The position numbers and the translations under genes are program-made. Shown here in pieces: positions 62,792-64,000 of a DNA stretch of 64,000 bases. The notes below the pieces were generated by a model. It was given only the letters and a program-made list of their open reading frames with translations, had not been told where the DNA came from and searched no databases. Numbering within the stretch: the first letter of the stretch is position 1; the number at the start of each line of letters is the position of its first letter. This DNA comes from Trichoplax adhaerens (lineage: Eukaryota > Animalia > Placozoa), in contig NW_002060950.1 in the NCBI RefSeq assembly GCF_000150275.1, positions 918,106 to 982,105 of the forward strand. The letters are read 5' to 3'.

Positions 62792-62879
62792 ACAGTACAA
62801 TCCATTGGTGCTGTTCATCGTCATCTACTTAGGGGTTGTCATCAAGATGGAAGTTCAATTGGCCATACAGTAGTAAAGT

Positions 62880-63885
62880 AATTTATGCAAAATGATCAGG
62901 CCTATTGGCCATGGCTACAAACATCCTAATGTAAGGCAGTTTGTTTCAAGCCTTCTCCAGTCCAAATGGTCATAGAGTAGTACGGTAGAGTAGTTTGTGT
63001 GATCATCATGATTGGCTATTAGCCATGGCTACAAACATCCTAATGTAAGGCAGTTTGTTTCAAGCCCTTCTCCAGTCCAAATGGTCATAGAGTAGTACAG
63101 TAGAGTAGTTTGTGTGCATCATCATGATTGGCCATTACATGTCTAATGTATCAGTAGGACAGCTTAAACGAAGTGTATAATAAAATTTAAGCAAAATGAT
63201 CAGGCCTATTGGCCATGGCTACAAACATCCTAACGTAAGGCAGTTTGCTTCAAGCCTTCTCCAGTCCAAATGGTCATAGAGTAGTACGGTAGAGTAGTTT
63301 GTGTGCATCATCATGATTGGCCATTAGCCATGGCTACAAACATCCTAATGTAAGTCAGTTTGTTTCAAGCCCTTCTCCAGTCCAAATGGTCATAGAGTAG
63401 TACAGTAAAGTAGTTTGTGTTCATCATCATGATTGGCCATTACATGTCTAATGTATCAGTAGGACAGCTTAAACGAAGAGTATAAAAAAATTTAAGCAAA
63501 ATGATCAGGCCTATTGGCCATGGCTACAAACATCCTAACGTAAGGCAGTTTGTTTCAAGCCTTCTCCAGTCCAAATGGTCATAGAGTAGTACGGTAGAGT
63601 AGTTTGTGTGCATCATCATGATTGGCCATTAGCCATGGCTACAAACATCCTAATGTAAGGCAGTTTGTTTCAAGCCCTTCTCCAGTCCAAATGGTCATAG
63701 AGTAGTACAGTAGAGTAGTTTGTGTTCATCATCATGATTGGCCATTACATGTCTAATGTATCAGTAGGACAGCTTAAACGAAGAGTATAAAAAAATTTAT
63801 GCAAAATGATCAGGCCAATTGGCCATGGCTACAAACATCCTAATGTAAGGCAGTTTGCAAGCCTTTCTCCTATGCAAATGGTCCC
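62880..63885. repeat. Higher-order tandem array, ~304-bp period (two ~115-bp subunits plus ~75-bp linker), ~3.3 copies
   Basis: AAAATGATCAGGCC at about 62889, 63193, 63497 and 63802. GCCATGGCTACAAACATCCTAA occurs twice per period. Confidence 0.95.
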
Positions 63886-63895
63886 AGGCTTAGGA

Positions 63896-63918
63896 TGTTG
63901 TTGTTGTTGTTGTTGTTG
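63896..63918. repeat. (GTT)n microsatellite
   Basis: TGTTGTTGTTGTTGTTGTTGTTG directly after the satellite. Confidence 0.9.
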
Positions 63919-64000
63919 ATTGTGGTGGCGGGCGATTTTAATTTCCCGTTTGACTGACCTGCATTGTACTGTAGGTGTACAATAAGTACTGTACTGGAAG

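Overview
Eukaryotic, strongly AT-rich animal DNA with compact genes and short GT-AG introns. Gene style and the intronless 42-aa TPR family point to a placozoan (Trichoplax-like); this is inferred, not proven. The right part (28-60 kb) holds conserved spliced genes mostly missed by the ORF track: RNF4 (-), RABEPK (+), a small 3-exon orphan (-), EVC2/Limbin (-) with a near-perfect RFX X-box upstream, PGM3 (-) and RAB28 (+). Tandem arrays lie at 31-33.8 kb (one carries perfect 19-bp hairpins) and at 62.9-63.9 kb. The left part (0-27 kb) is different: three intact intronless alpha-solenoid genes (two distant HEAT/ARM-like paralogs and one TPR-array gene) sit in apparently intergenic DNA that repeatedly translates on the + strand into broken leucine-rich repeats. 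Several of these LRR relics were tandemly amplified into ~60-230 bp arrays. A ~46-47 bp CATGG...CCATG inverted-repeat element with 7-bp target-site duplications occurs twice, with a partial third copy. All coordinates and translations were read by eye.
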